This document shows, in pieces, positions 1-12,802 of a stretch of 64,000 bases of DNA (positions are counted from its first letter, which is position 1; each line of letters starts with the position of its first letter). The stretch lies in the NCBI GenBank assembly GCA_016776635.1, contig JADHSZ010000004.1:16777-80776 (forward strand). The letters run 5' to 3'. The position numbers were made by a program, and so were the translations under genes. Origin of the DNA: Alphaproteobacteria bacterium. Lineage in GTDB: Bacteria > Pseudomonadota > Alphaproteobacteria > UBA11136. Below the pieces are notes generated by a model that did not search any database, was not told the DNA's origin, and saw only the letters and a list, made by a program, of their open reading frames with translations.

Positions 1-603
1 GGCCTTGCACCGCAAGCCGCGCAAACCACAGAGACCGCGGAGGCAACGGCCGCACCCGATAACGGGCTCGACATCAGCCCGCCACCGGGCCGCGCCGACA
101 AAGCCGGCGTCCTGAACGAGGCCATGGCCGAGGCGGACTCCGTCACAAGCGAGCCCGCCTCAACACCGGCCTGGCTGGCGCGCAACAAACCGCCCTTCAT
201 CTCGCCGCGTCCCATAGAGGCCTCCGGTGAGGCTCAGGGCGGGGCGGAAGAAGCGACGGCCAATCCCTTCGCCGCCGCGGCCATGGCCAATGGCGGGAGC
301 GAAAAGAAAGAACCGGGCGAGGGCCGCGTCAGTATGTTCAGGAAACTCACCGGTTCCCGCAACAAGGTCAAAGAGGTCAAGGCGGCTGAACCGGCCGAAC
401 CGGTGCAAACGGCCGAACCGGCGCAACCCGCCCCCTCCATCGCTCCGGCTCCGGCTCCGGCCGCGGAGGCAGTGGCGGACTCCAATCCACCCAATCCCCA
501 GCCCAGGCTGGGCGGGATGGACCCCGTGGACCGCACGCCGGCGGCCCAGAGCGATGACGACCTGCTGGAAATCCCGGCCTTCCTGCGCAGGCAGGCCAAC
601 TGA
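1..603 (+). CDS. ftsZ: Cell division protein FtsZ, C-terminal part; 5' end lies outside the window
   Basis: Frame continuous from position 1. Pro/Ala-rich linker followed by the conserved C-terminal peptide DDDLLEIPAFLRRQAN. lpxC follows, as in the dcw cluster. Confidence 0.8.
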   Translation, partial: GLAPQAAQTTETAEATAAPDNGLDISPPPGRADKAGVLNEAMAEADSVTSEPASTPAWLARNKPPFISPRPIEASGEAQGGAEEATANPFAAAAMANGGSEKKEPGEGRVSMFRKLTGSRNKVKEVKAAEPAEPVQTAEPAQPAPSIAPAPAPAAEAVADSNPPNPQPRLGGMDPVDRTPAAQSDDDLLEIPAFLRRQAN

Positions 604-767
604 GACAAAAAGAATCGCAAGGAATCACAACCACTTGCGTTGTAACAATACGTAATAAAGAGTGATTTGAGTGCTCTGGGGGATACTGATACATATCCTC
701 CAGAGCATTTTTTTATGTTCTTAAACAAAGGCTTGGGGAAAATCTTAGATTAGGCTGAATATTCGTA

Positions 768-1766
768 ATGAAAAAAACACTCAATAATAAGAAATCCTCC
801 CAAAAGGCATGCGGCAAACCCGCCCTGCAGCGCACCCTGAAAAGCGCCATTAATTGCAGCGGCACCGCCCTGCACAGCGGCGAGAACGTCTCTCTCACCC
901 TGCACCCCGCCGAACCCGATACCGGCATCGTCTTCCGCCGCAGCGACATCGGCGGCGGCAATGCCCGTATCCCCGCCCATTGGAGCCAGATCTCCGATAC
1001 CCGGCTATGCACCACGCTGAGTGACGGCGGCAACGTCTCGGTGGCCACGGTGGAGCACCTCATGGCGGCGCTGGCGGGCTGTCACATCGACAATCTGGTG
1101 GTGGAAATCCAGGGCGGCGAAGTTCCCGCCATGGACGGCAGCGCCGCGCCTTTCGTGTTTCTCATCGAATGCGCGGGAATCGCCGAACAGAACGTCCCGC
1201 GCCGCGCCATCCGCGTATTGAAGCCGGTTTCCGTATCCCACGGCGAGAGCTTTGCCTCCCTTGCCCCGGCCCCCGATTCGCTGGAGGCCTTTTCCCTCAA
1301 CGTGGAAATCGATTTCGACAGCAACGCCATCTCGCGCCAGAACTATCTCTTCCATGTGGCCGACGATGCCTTTAAATCGGAAATCAGCCGCGCCCGCACC
1401 TTCGGCTTCCTCCACGAGGTGGACGACCTGCGCGCCGCCGGTCTGGCCCTTGGCGGCTCCCTGGATAACGCCGTGGTCATCAGCGGCGACCAAGTTCTCA
1501 ACGAAGGCGGCCTGCGTTACAGGGATGAATTCGTGCGCCACAAGGTTCTCGATTCCCTTGGCGACCTCTATCTTGCGGGCTCTCCGCTGATCGGCCATTT
1601 CCACGGCCTGCGCTCCGGCCACAGCCTCAACCGCGGCCTTCTCGAGGCCCTGTTCGCCGATGACGACGCCTGGTGCCACAGTGAAATCAGCGATGATTTC
1701 CCCTCTTCCGGCCCCGTGGCCGTACCCTCACAGGTCAAGGAACCGGCGCTGGCCGCCACCGCCTGA
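768..1766 (+). CDS. lpxC: UDP-3-O-acyl-N-acetylglucosamine deacetylase
   Basis: 332 aa. N-terminus [38 protein letters not shown] is typical LpxC, and the gene follows ftsZ. Confidence 0.9.
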   Translation: MKKTLNNKKSSQKACGKPALQRTLKSAINCSGTALHSGENVSLTLHPAEPDTGIVFRRSDIGGGNARIPAHWSQISDTRLCTTLSDGGNVSVATVEHLMAALAGCHIDNLVVEIQGGEVPAMDGSAAPFVFLIECAGIAEQNVPRRAIRVLKPVSVSHGESFASLAPAPDSLEAFSLNVEIDFDSNAISRQNYLFHVADDAFKSEISRARTFGFLHEVDDLRAAGLALGGSLDNAVVISGDQVLNEGGLRYRDEFVRHKVLDSLGDLYLAGSPLIGHFHGLRSGHSLNRGLLEALFADDDAWCHSEISDDFPSSGPVAVPSQVKEPALAATA

Positions 1767-1804
1767 GTCTCTCCTTTGTCACGCGGATCACCGCACCCCC
1801 CAAG

Positions 1805-1848
1805 AAACGGTTCTTTCGCGAGGAGCCGTTTTTTTTCGTCTTTTTTCT
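1805..1848 (+). terminator. Putative rho-independent terminator after lpxC
   Basis: Imperfect hairpin ACGGTTC...GAGCCGT followed by a run of eight T, then a second T-rich stretch. Confidence 0.4.
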
Positions 1849-1958
1849 TCCGCCAGCCCATATGAGGCCGTGCCAGGACGGCGTCCGTGATATATTGTTT
1901 TGACTCGCCACCCCCGTTGATGACCCCCCGTTAATGACCCCCTGTTGACGACGTAAGA

Positions 1959-2876
1959 ATGACGCCACACCCCATACGCCCCTTCACCGCCGTTCTCGCC
2001 CTCATCGCCTGCCTTGGCCTGGGGAGCCTTCTTGGCGCCTGCGAGACCAGCGACGAAATCATCTATGCCGAACAGCCCGCGGAGTCCATCTACAACGAGG
2101 CCATGAGCGAGCTCATGTACGATAATTACCTCACCGCGGCGGGGCTCTTTGACGAGGTCGAGCGCCAGCATCCCTATTCCATCTGGGCCACCAAGGGCCA
2201 GATCATGGCCGCCTTCGCCCGCTACAAGAAAAACGAATATGACGAAGCCATTATCGGCCTCGACCGCTTCATCCAGCTCCATCCCGGCCATGTGGACGCG
2301 CCCTACGCCTATTACCTCAAGGCGCTGTGCTATTACGAGAGGATCACCGACGTTTCGCGCGACCAGAAGAACACGGAACTGGCGTTGGAAGCCTTCGAGG
2401 ATCTGGTGGTGCGCTTTCCCGACAGCAAATACGCCGAAGACGCCATCCCCCGGCTCGATCTCATCCTCGACCATCTCGCCGGCAAGGACATGACCATCGG
2501 CCGCTATTACCTCCAGCGCGAACATTACCTTGCCGCCATCAACCGCTTCCGCTCGGTGATCGAAGACTACGAGAGAACCACCCATATCCCCGAAGCCCTG
2601 CACCGGCTGGTGGAAGGCTATCTCTCCCTGGGCATGGTGAGCGAGGCGCGCAAGACGGCCGCCGTTCTCGGCTACAACTACCCCAACAACCCCTGGTACT
2701 GGGATACCTACGCCCTGCTCGAGGACAACGACCTTCTCGAGAGCCACGAAACCTTCAAGTCGGAGGTGGAGCGCCGCTCCGTGTTCGCCGCCAAAGAAGG
2801 TGGCGAAGGCGGGGAGGAGGGAGAGGACGGGGAAGACAAATCCTATTTTTCCCAGGTCTGGGACTGGATGTTTTAG
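1959..2876 (+). CDS. bamD: Outer membrane protein assembly factor BamD (TPR lipoprotein)
   Basis: Signal peptide with lipobox LLGAC, TPR-like repeats, acidic C-terminal tail. Usual position after lpxC and before recN. Confidence 0.8.
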   Translation: MTPHPIRPFTAVLALIACLGLGSLLGACETSDEIIYAEQPAESIYNEAMSELMYDNYLTAAGLFDEVERQHPYSIWATKGQIMAAFARYKKNEYDEAIIGLDRFIQLHPGHVDAPYAYYLKALCYYERITDVSRDQKNTELALEAFEDLVVRFPDSKYAEDAIPRLDLILDHLAGKDMTIGRYYLQREHYLAAINRFRSVIEDYERTTHIPEALHRLVEGYLSLGMVSEARKTAAVLGYNYPNNPWYWDTYALLEDNDLLESHETFKSEVERRSVFAAKEGGEGGEEGEDGEDKSYFSQVWDWMF

Positions 2877-2882
2877 AAAAAG

Positions 2883-6711
<3,829 letters not shown>

Positions 6712-6724
6712 GGGGTATCTGTTA

Positions 6725-8422
6725 TCAGACATCCGAGAGTTTATGCTGTTTATGGTAGCTGCGCCGGAAGTCCTCGACGAAAAGGTCTACATCATCTTCC
6801 GGGGTGTTGACCTTGGTTAATGCAACACGCGCAAGTTCTATGCTGGCCTCCAACGTTTCCGATACGGTCACATCCGCGCCAAGGATTTTGAGCCTCTCGC
6901 AACGCTTCCTATCATGCCCACGGGCAAGGATGACCAACTCCGGAAAACTCCCGCGCAATGTAGATACAAGTTGTTCTGTAACCTCGCAGTCATCCAGTGC
7001 GACAATTGCTATACGTGCCCATTCGGTTCCCATGGCTTTCAAGACTGCAGGCCTTTCGGCGTCACCGAAAAACACGGGGTGCCCTTGGGCATGTTCTTGT
7101 GCGACAAGGGTAGGGTTATTGTCGATCGCCAAGAACGGCACCTTGGCCAATTCGAGGATACGCCCGATTTTACGCCCCACCCGACCGAAGCCAATTATGA
7201 TGACAGATGTGAGGACAGCTTCTTCGACAGCCGTTTGGTCCGCCGCAACGGCTTGTCCTTTATGATCTGATTTCTCAATTTCTCGCGCCAACCGGGCCAA
7301 AAACGGCGTCACCAGCATGCTGAGAATGACCACCAAAATAAGTTGCTGGAACAAGGCTTCCTCCAAGAGGCCTACCCCGAGCGCCACCGTAAACAAGACA
7401 AGTGCAAATTCCCCACTTTGTGCGAGTAGCAGCGCAACCGTGAGGGTGCTTTTCCCAGGAAGCCCAAACAAGTGTGCCAAGGGCCATATCACAATGGCTT
7501 TCAGGAGAATCAAGGCCGCGACTATACTGAGCAGAAATAAAGGTTGGTGAAGGAGTTGTTCGAGGTCCAGGGTCATGCCCATCGACATGAAGAACAGTCC
7601 AAGCAGCAGCCCACGAAAAGGCTGTGTTTCGGCAATGACCTGATGGCGAAAAGATGAATCGGCGATCAACAATCCAGCCAGAAACGCCCCCATGGCCATC
7701 GACAGCCCGACGTGCTCCATCAATACGGCGGCGCCCAGAACAAGCAACACGGCGGATGTTGTAAACACCTCTGGATTATGTGACTTGGCCACGCGGTGAA
7801 GGATCGGCTGCAGAAGATAGCGACCGGCGAGAATGACCAGAACAATGATAAGAATCGCTTCCCCCAGGGCGAGGATGAGGTCTTCAGCCAAGGTTAGGGC
7901 AGGCATGGCGAGCAGAGACACCATGGCCAACAACGGGATAACAGCCAAATCCTGCAGTAAAAGGATGGCAATAGACGCTCGGCCCGGTTCAGAGGTCAGC
8001 ATCTTATTTTCGGTGAGCAACTGGAGAACGAAGGCCGTGGAGGATAGTGCCAGGGCCGGGCCGATGAGAACTGCGATCCTGAGAGAAACCTCAAAAAGAT
8101 AGTGGACGGCCAGAACGAGGACGGCGCTGGTGCAGACCACTTGAAGAGTGCCCAGACCAAACAACAATCTTCGCATCATCCACAAGCGCTTCGGATTGAG
8201 TTCAATGCCAATGATAAACAGCAACAGAACGATGCCAAGCTCTGCGAGTTGACCAATCTCCTCCACGTTTCCGATTAGCCCTAAGCCGTATGGGCCAACA
8301 ACCACGCCGGCGATTACAAATCCTGGAACAGCCCCCATGCGCATAGATTGGAAAATAGGAACCGCAACGACGGCAGCGGCAAGCAGGATCGCAATGTCCG
8401 TCAGGTAGTTAATTGTGCTCAT
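6725..8422 (-). CDS. Glutathione-regulated K+ efflux / CPA2 cation:proton antiporter with C-terminal RCK (TrkA-N) domain
   Basis: 565 aa. About 12 transmembrane helices typical of KefB/KefC, then a Rossmann-type RCK domain (IIIGFGRVGRKIGRIL). Confidence 0.8.
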   Translation of the reverse strand: MSTINYLTDIAILLAAAVVAVPIFQSMRMGAVPGFVIAGVVVGPYGLGLIGNVEEIGQLAELGIVLLLFIIGIELNPKRLWMMRRLLFGLGTLQVVCTSAVLVLAVHYLFEVSLRIAVLIGPALALSSTAFVLQLLTENKMLTSEPGRASIAILLLQDLAVIPLLAMVSLLAMPALTLAEDLILALGEAILIIVLVILAGRYLLQPILHRVAKSHNPEVFTTSAVLLVLGAAVLMEHVGLSMAMGAFLAGLLIADSSFRHQVIAETQPFRGLLLGLFFMSMGMTLDLEQLLHQPLFLLSIVAALILLKAIVIWPLAHLFGLPGKSTLTVALLLAQSGEFALVLFTVALGVGLLEEALFQQLILVVILSMLVTPFLARLAREIEKSDHKGQAVAADQTAVEEAVLTSVIIIGFGRVGRKIGRILELAKVPFLAIDNNPTLVAQEHAQGHPVFFGDAERPAVLKAMGTEWARIAIVALDDCEVTEQLVSTLRGSFPELVILARGHDRKRCERLKILGADVTVSETLEASIELARVALTKVNTPEDDVDLFVEDFRRSYHKQHKLSDV

Positions 8423-8590
8423 TACGGCTTGAACTCACTGTTAGATCGAATGTTAATCAAAAATCGTTATGAAGTTATATCCCATCAACAACAGGGTGGA
8501 CGTGCCAAATACCAGCACTCCCATTCCGAAAAGTGATTGGACGGCAATTAAGGGGACACCTTATTCAATTACCCCCTGCCCCTGGCCCTT

Positions 8591-8733
8591 TTTTGGAGCC
8601 GACGTAATCTTGGCTTCTTGTTGGGGGCCGACGTACCCTGGCCTTCTTTTTTGGGGGCCGACGTACTCTGGCCCCTGTACCCTGGGCTTTTTGTAGAGCT
8701 TTTTTTTCAGGCCCGACGTACCCTTGGGCCTTG
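8591..8733. repeat. Four direct copies of a roughly 30-bp unit with core GGCCGACGTAC(C/T)CTGG, each followed by a T-run
   Basis: ttttggaGCCGACGTAATCTtgg / ttgggGGCCGACGTACCCTGGcc / ttgggGGCCGACGTACTCTGGcc / caggCCCGACGTACCCTTGGgcc. Lies upstream of the antiporter start and downstream of the membrane protein. Confidence 0.6.
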
Positions 8734-8836
8734 ACTCCCTCCCCCCTTTATGATAGGAATATTATCCTCACACGGATTCTTGCTCTTTGACATTGTGAAG
8801 AAGAATTTTTGCGCCCGCCCGGACCATGGGCACCGC

Positions 8837-9577
8837 TCAGGATCGCTCTCCAGCAATCGTGAACCGCGCCTGGAAACCGCTGTCGCGCCAGGCAAAATAG
8901 GTGATGAAGGTGTGCCCCAACAGCAGCAGCGTGAGCCCCCATTCGAAGGCATCCTCGTAGCGGCGGTACTCGTCGTAAAGCGCCCAGGACAATAGGCTCG
9001 CCACCCCCAGCACGGCGACCGCGCCCAGAACCGCCACCAGGCTGCGGTATCTCGGCGTCGGCACCGTTGCGCCCGGCCGTCCCCGTGTTCCCGCCAGCGG
9101 CGCAATCTGCACCGTCATCAACAGCTGGGCGAGATATGTAAAGACATAGAAAAGGATCACGCCTGCGCGGCGCGGCTGGCTATAGAGATCACCCACCTCG
9201 CCCAGGACGCCGGCATAGATAAACAGACCCAGGGCCGCCGTCACGCCCAGCCATACCATGGCGCGGTTGAGCCGGATCATGGGCGTCCCCAGCGCCTTGA
9301 GCCAGTCTGAACTGAGCCTCCAGTAGATCATCATCAAGACGGCGGCGGGCATCATGGCGGCGCGGAACACCACGCTCTCGGGAGCACGGCGGCCGGCGGC
9401 GCTGATGGAGACGCAGTCCGGGAAATAGGGAAAGCACCACGACACATGGCCGTGATGGGCGGCCATAACATAACACAGGTGAGCGGCGATGGCGGGTAAC
9501 AGGGCCGTCACCAGGGGAATGGTTTTCAGTTTCATCGCTGTCCTTTCGCCCTCTAACCCGCCCCCGCAACCCTTCAA
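8837..9577 (-). CDS. Integral membrane protein of unknown function
   Basis: 246 aa with 6-7 predicted transmembrane helices. No family recognised by eye. Confidence 0.45.
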   Translation of the reverse strand: MKGCGGGLEGERTAMKLKTIPLVTALLPAIAAHLCYVMAAHHGHVSWCFPYFPDCVSISAAGRRAPESVVFRAAMMPAAVLMMIYWRLSSDWLKALGTPMIRLNRAMVWLGVTAALGLFIYAGVLGEVGDLYSQPRRAGVILFYVFTYLAQLLMTVQIAPLAGTRGRPGATVPTPRYRSLVAVLGAVAVLGVASLLSWALYDEYRRYEDAFEWGLTLLLLGHTFITYFAWRDSGFQARFTIAGERS

Positions 9578-9610
9578 TTCTTAACTTAGAATAACCAGTA
9601 TCGGAAGTCC

Positions 9611-10432
9611 GTGATGCCCATCCAGGCCGGGTTCGTCTATAGTCTGGGAAACAACCGCTGTTCCCGGGGCCGCCCCTTGAAACTCCCCTCCCTCAGACTC
9701 TACCGCCATTTCCTCGACGGCGCGCCGTTCTATCTCATCCGTCACTACTGGTGGGCCTATCTGTGGCCTCCCGCCGTCCGCTTTTTCGACCTCCGACCAG
9801 TCATCAACGCCATCCTCTTCGGCCAGTACAAAAAACTGATGGCGGCCACCCTGGCGACCCTGGCGCGGCTGCAATCCGCCCCCAACACAACCAACCGGCG
9901 CGTCCTGCAACTAAGCTGTGTCTATGGCGAACTGACGCCGAAACTGATGCAGACCATCGCGCCGGCGCCGCTCCACATCACCGATGTGGCGGCGATCCAG
10001 CTCAAGCTGGCGCAATCCAAGGCATCCGGCGACACCCTGCTCGCGGCACGCATGAATGCCGAACAGCTGGCCCATAAAGACGACAGCTTTTCCACCGTGG
10101 TGGTGTTTTTCCTGCTCCATGAAATGCCGCCATCGGCCCGCGCCAACGTGCTTTGCGAATGCATGCGGGTGATCCCGGCGGGCGGGGTGCTGCTGGTGAC
10201 CGAATACGCGCCCCTGCCCACGCACCACATGCTCTACCGCTTCCCGCCGAGCCGCTGGCTGCTCACCCGGTTCGACCCCTTTCTCGACGGGTTCTGGCGC
10301 GAGGATATGGCCGCCCTGTTGAACCGGCACGGACACCCCTACGGCAAGAAAGCCGTCACCCGGTCGGACGAAAGAATTTTCGGCGGTTTTTACCGGGTCA
10401 CGGAATTCCGGATCGCCGCCCTCGGGCCCTAG
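9611..10432 (+). CDS. SAM-methyltransferase-fold protein with a degenerate motif I; possibly rhodoquinone biosynthesis RquA-like
   Basis: About 270 aa. Methyltransferase-like core VLQLSCVYGELT...FSTVVVFFLLHEMP...GGVLLVTEY lacks the Gly-rich GxGxG, as reported for RquA. The true start may be internal. Confidence 0.45.
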   Translation: MMPIQAGFVYSLGNNRCSRGRPLKLPSLRLYRHFLDGAPFYLIRHYWWAYLWPPAVRFFDLRPVINAILFGQYKKLMAATLATLARLQSAPNTTNRRVLQLSCVYGELTPKLMQTIAPAPLHITDVAAIQLKLAQSKASGDTLLAARMNAEQLAHKDDSFSTVVVFFLLHEMPPSARANVLCECMRVIPAGGVLLVTEYAPLPTHHMLYRFPPSRWLLTRFDPFLDGFWREDMAALLNRHGHPYGKKAVTRSDERIFGGFYRVTEFRIAALGP

Positions 10433-10516
10433 GCGCGCCAACACTATAAAATAGCGAAAACTCCCCCCATATTATGAAAGAACCCCAGGAACATCACAGA
10501 GCGGAGGGAATGAGCC

Positions 10517-10711
10517 ATGCCACACCGTAGACCGGAACTGCAACGGATCATCAAGGAACTGGAAAACTTCGTTCACACCACCTGCGAATACGATCCCGAG
10601 CATCCCAGACAGCCCCATGATTTCGTCGGCGAAAAATGCACCGACGCCATCCTCATGCTTCAGGAAGCCCATAACCAGTTGGGCGACAAACCGCAGGAAA
10701 AGAAGAAATAA
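10517..10711 (+). CDS. Small hypothetical protein (64 aa)
   Basis: ORF with plausible coding composition, preceded by GGAGGGAATGAGCC. No homology recognised. Confidence 0.3.
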   Translation: MPHRRPELQRIIKELENFVHTTCEYDPEHPRQPHDFVGEKCTDAILMLQEAHNQLGDKPQEKKK

Positions 10712-10728
10712 CCCCCCTGCGCCGCCCT

Positions 10729-10758
10729 GTTAACAAATGACAACAAATGTTAACATGA
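10729..10758. promoter_or_regulatory. Candidate operator: TGTTAACAAATGACAAC motif with embedded TGTTAACA palindromes (first site)
   Basis: TGTTAACAAATGACAACAAATGTTAACATG. A second copy, TGTTAACAAATGTCAAC, lies at 10821-10838. Both are upstream of the CBS-protein gene. Confidence 0.35.
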
Positions 10759-10820
10759 AAAGGCCGGTTTTGGCCCCCCGCGCCCCTCCAAAGCCGCTCT
10801 GAGCCTTGGTCTCCGTCCCA

Positions 10821-10838
10821 TGTTAACAAATGTCAACA
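10821..10838. promoter_or_regulatory. Candidate operator: TGTTAACAAATGTCAAC (second site)
   Basis: Near-identical to the motif at 10729. Confidence 0.35.
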
Positions 10839-10861
10839 TCTCGGGCTTCTTACTGGATTAT

Positions 10862-10941
10862 GGAAAGTATTTTTCGGCGGTTACTGCCGCCACTTTCCTC
10901 AAAGGGCAGCCTCCGCGCGTCCGCGCTATACTGGCCCCATG
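10862..10941 (+). promoter_or_regulatory. Hairpin-promoter module, copy 1 (GGAAAGTatttttcGGCGGttactgCCGCCACTTTCC ... cgcgcTATACTggccccATG)
   Basis: Nested inverted repeat followed by TATACT, then ATG 6 nt downstream, which suggests a leaderless start. A near-identical module is at 11417-11484. Confidence 0.45.
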
Positions 10942-11406
10942 CTGGCTGGGAAATGTTCATCAAATGGAGATTGTTCTATGACAACAGTACGGCAGATACT
11001 CAATGAAAAAGGGCACGATGTCTGGTCCATCCATCCTGACAATTCCGTATTCGAGGCCATCAAGGAATTGGCGGGGAAGAATGTCGGCGCCTTGGCTGTA
11101 GTAGAGGACGACAAACTCGTCGGCATGTTTACCGAACGGGACTATACCCGGAACGTTTTTCTCGAAGGAAAATCATCGCCCAAAACGTCGGTCCGGGAAG
11201 TCATGAAGACGCATATTGTCTGTGCCCGGCCCGAACAAACGGTCGAAGAATGCATGGCCGTCATAACCGAAAAACGCGTGCGGCATCTCCCCGTTTTGGA
11301 TGAACAAAAATTGGTCGGCATCGTCTCGATTGGCGACATGGTCAAAAATATAATCGCCGATCAGAAATTCACCATTGAACAACTCGAACATTACATCCGC
11401 GACTAG
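10939..11406 (+). CDS. CBS-pair domain protein
   Basis: Two CBS motifs. Alternative start at 10978 with a GGAGA RBS; the ATG at 10939 would be leaderless. Confidence 0.8.
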   Translation: MLAGKCSSNGDCSMTTVRQILNEKGHDVWSIHPDNSVFEAIKELAGKNVGALAVVEDDKLVGMFTERDYTRNVFLEGKSSPKTSVREVMKTHIVCARPEQTVEECMAVITEKRVRHLPVLDEQKLVGIVSIGDMVKNIIADQKFTIEQLEHYIRD

Positions 11407-11416
11407 GCGAATTTAG

Positions 11417-11484
11417 GGAAAGTATTTTTCGGCGGTTGCTCCCGCCCCTTTCCTATCCGCCAGCCGCGCTATACTGCCCCCATG
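11417..11484 (+). promoter_or_regulatory. Hairpin-promoter module, copy 2
   Basis: GGGAAAGTATTTTTCGGCGGTTGCTCCCGCCCCTTTCCT...CGCGCTATACTGCCCCCATG is about 85% identical to copy 1. The ATG at 11482 starts the GNAT gene. Confidence 0.45.
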
Positions 11485-12459
11485 CTGACCATCGAAACCA
11501 TCATCACCGGCGACCCCACGGGAAACCCCAACAGCGACCCGCACACCGCCGCGGCGCTGCGCGCCTGCGAGGCCCTCACCTTTCCCGCCTGCCGCTTTCT
11601 GTTGCGCGAACCACAAGGCAAGACCCTGGTGGCGGTGGCCGCGCGCTTCCATGACCAAGAGAACCCACCGGCAACAGACAGCGGCGGCGCGAAATACGAC
11701 CCCATAGGATTCGCCCTGGGCTGGGGCGGGCCGCGCGGCGAGTTCGAACTTATCTCCCTCTATACCGCTCCCCTGCTGCGCGGCATGGGCACGGGCGGCC
11801 GCCTTCTGACAAGCGTGGAGGAAGGCTTCGCGGCGCTCGGCTACAGCCGTGGTTTCCACTTCTATACCGTCCCCGACGACGACCCCGGCTTCACCCGTTT
11901 CCTCACCGGCCGCGGCTGGTCAGCGCCCGTCATCCGCGAGATTATCTGCAAGTCCACCCTGGAGCTCGCCCGGCAGACTCCCTGGCTCATGCGCGCGCGC
12001 CTGCCGGCCGGCTTCACCGTCAAGCCCTGGGCCGAAGTGACCACAGCCGAACGCGCCGCCATCGCCGCCCGCCACGAAACCGAAACCCCCTGGTACTCGG
12101 ACGACCAGGATCCTTTCGTTTTTGAGGAAAACTGCCACCCCGGCACCAGCCTCGCCCTCATGGACGAAGCCCAGGTGGCGGGCTGGGTGCTCACCCATGT
12201 GCCGCAGGACACGAAAGGCTTCCTGCGCTGGACCGTGTCCTTCGTCTCGCCGGAGATTCAGGGCTTCGGGCGCATCCTTCCGCTGTGGCGCGAGGTCGCC
12301 CTGCGCCAGGCGGAATTTCCCGAACTGCAACGTTTTACCTGGGGGGTTCCCGTCACCCATCCGCGCATGACCGCCTTTGCCCGGCGCCGCATGAAACCCT
12401 GGCTGTCCTGGATGGGCTACGCCTGCACGTCATTCAAGGACGTGGCTTCAAAGACGTGA
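11482..12459 (+). CDS. GNAT-family acetyltransferase-like protein
   Basis: 325 aa. Region ELISLYTAPLLRGMGTGGRLLTSVEEGFAALGY resembles the GNAT acetyl-CoA binding motif. Confidence 0.5.
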   Translation: MLTIETIITGDPTGNPNSDPHTAAALRACEALTFPACRFLLREPQGKTLVAVAARFHDQENPPATDSGGAKYDPIGFALGWGGPRGEFELISLYTAPLLRGMGTGGRLLTSVEEGFAALGYSRGFHFYTVPDDDPGFTRFLTGRGWSAPVIREIICKSTLELARQTPWLMRARLPAGFTVKPWAEVTTAERAAIAARHETETPWYSDDQDPFVFEENCHPGTSLALMDEAQVAGWVLTHVPQDTKGFLRWTVSFVSPEIQGFGRILPLWREVALRQAEFPELQRFTWGVPVTHPRMTAFARRRMKPWLSWMGYACTSFKDVASKT

Positions 12460-12495
12460 CGGCGTCACCTTAAACGCCGCCTGAGTGAACTCCGC

Positions 12496-12768
12496 CTACT
12501 CGCCGCCTTCACCGCCCGCCGAATCCGAAGAGTCTCCGCCATCCCCAGACTCGTCCGACGGCTCCAGTTTAAGCAGCGTGATAGCCACGAAGATGGCGAG
12601 GCTCACTCCGCCCCAGAGGAAAAACCCCGCCATGTCCCCGGCGGCGGCATATTGCAGATAGAGCGCCACCACGATACCCGCGAAGACCAGCGTCAACAGC
12701 CAGCCCATGAAGCTGACGGGACGCACGCCCCAACCGATACGTTTTTTGCCGAACCAATAGTCTGACAT
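12496..12768 (-). CDS. Small membrane protein with acidic Gly/Asp/Ser-rich C-terminal tail; last gene of the precursor/radical-SAM operon (possible immunity or accessory protein)
   Basis: Start MSDYWFGKK preceded by AAGGGGGAG. Two transmembrane helices, tail ESGDGGDSSDSAGGEGGE. The same ORF extends to 12915 in the six-frame track. Confidence 0.45.
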   Translation of the reverse strand: MSDYWFGKKRIGWGVRPVSFMGWLLTLVFAGIVVALYLQYAAAGDMAGFFLWGGVSLAIFVAITLLKLEPSDESGDGGDSSDSAGGEGGE

Positions 12769-12802
12769 CTTGCTCCCCCTTGTTCCCTTGTTTTGTCTCC
12801 GC

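Noticed and set aside
8469-8696. 75-aa ORF (MKLYPINNRVD...) across the GGCCGACGTAC repeats
   Set aside because: Its translation is repeat-driven (WGPTYPGLLFWGPTYSGP) and it has no RBS. Treated as noncoding repeats.
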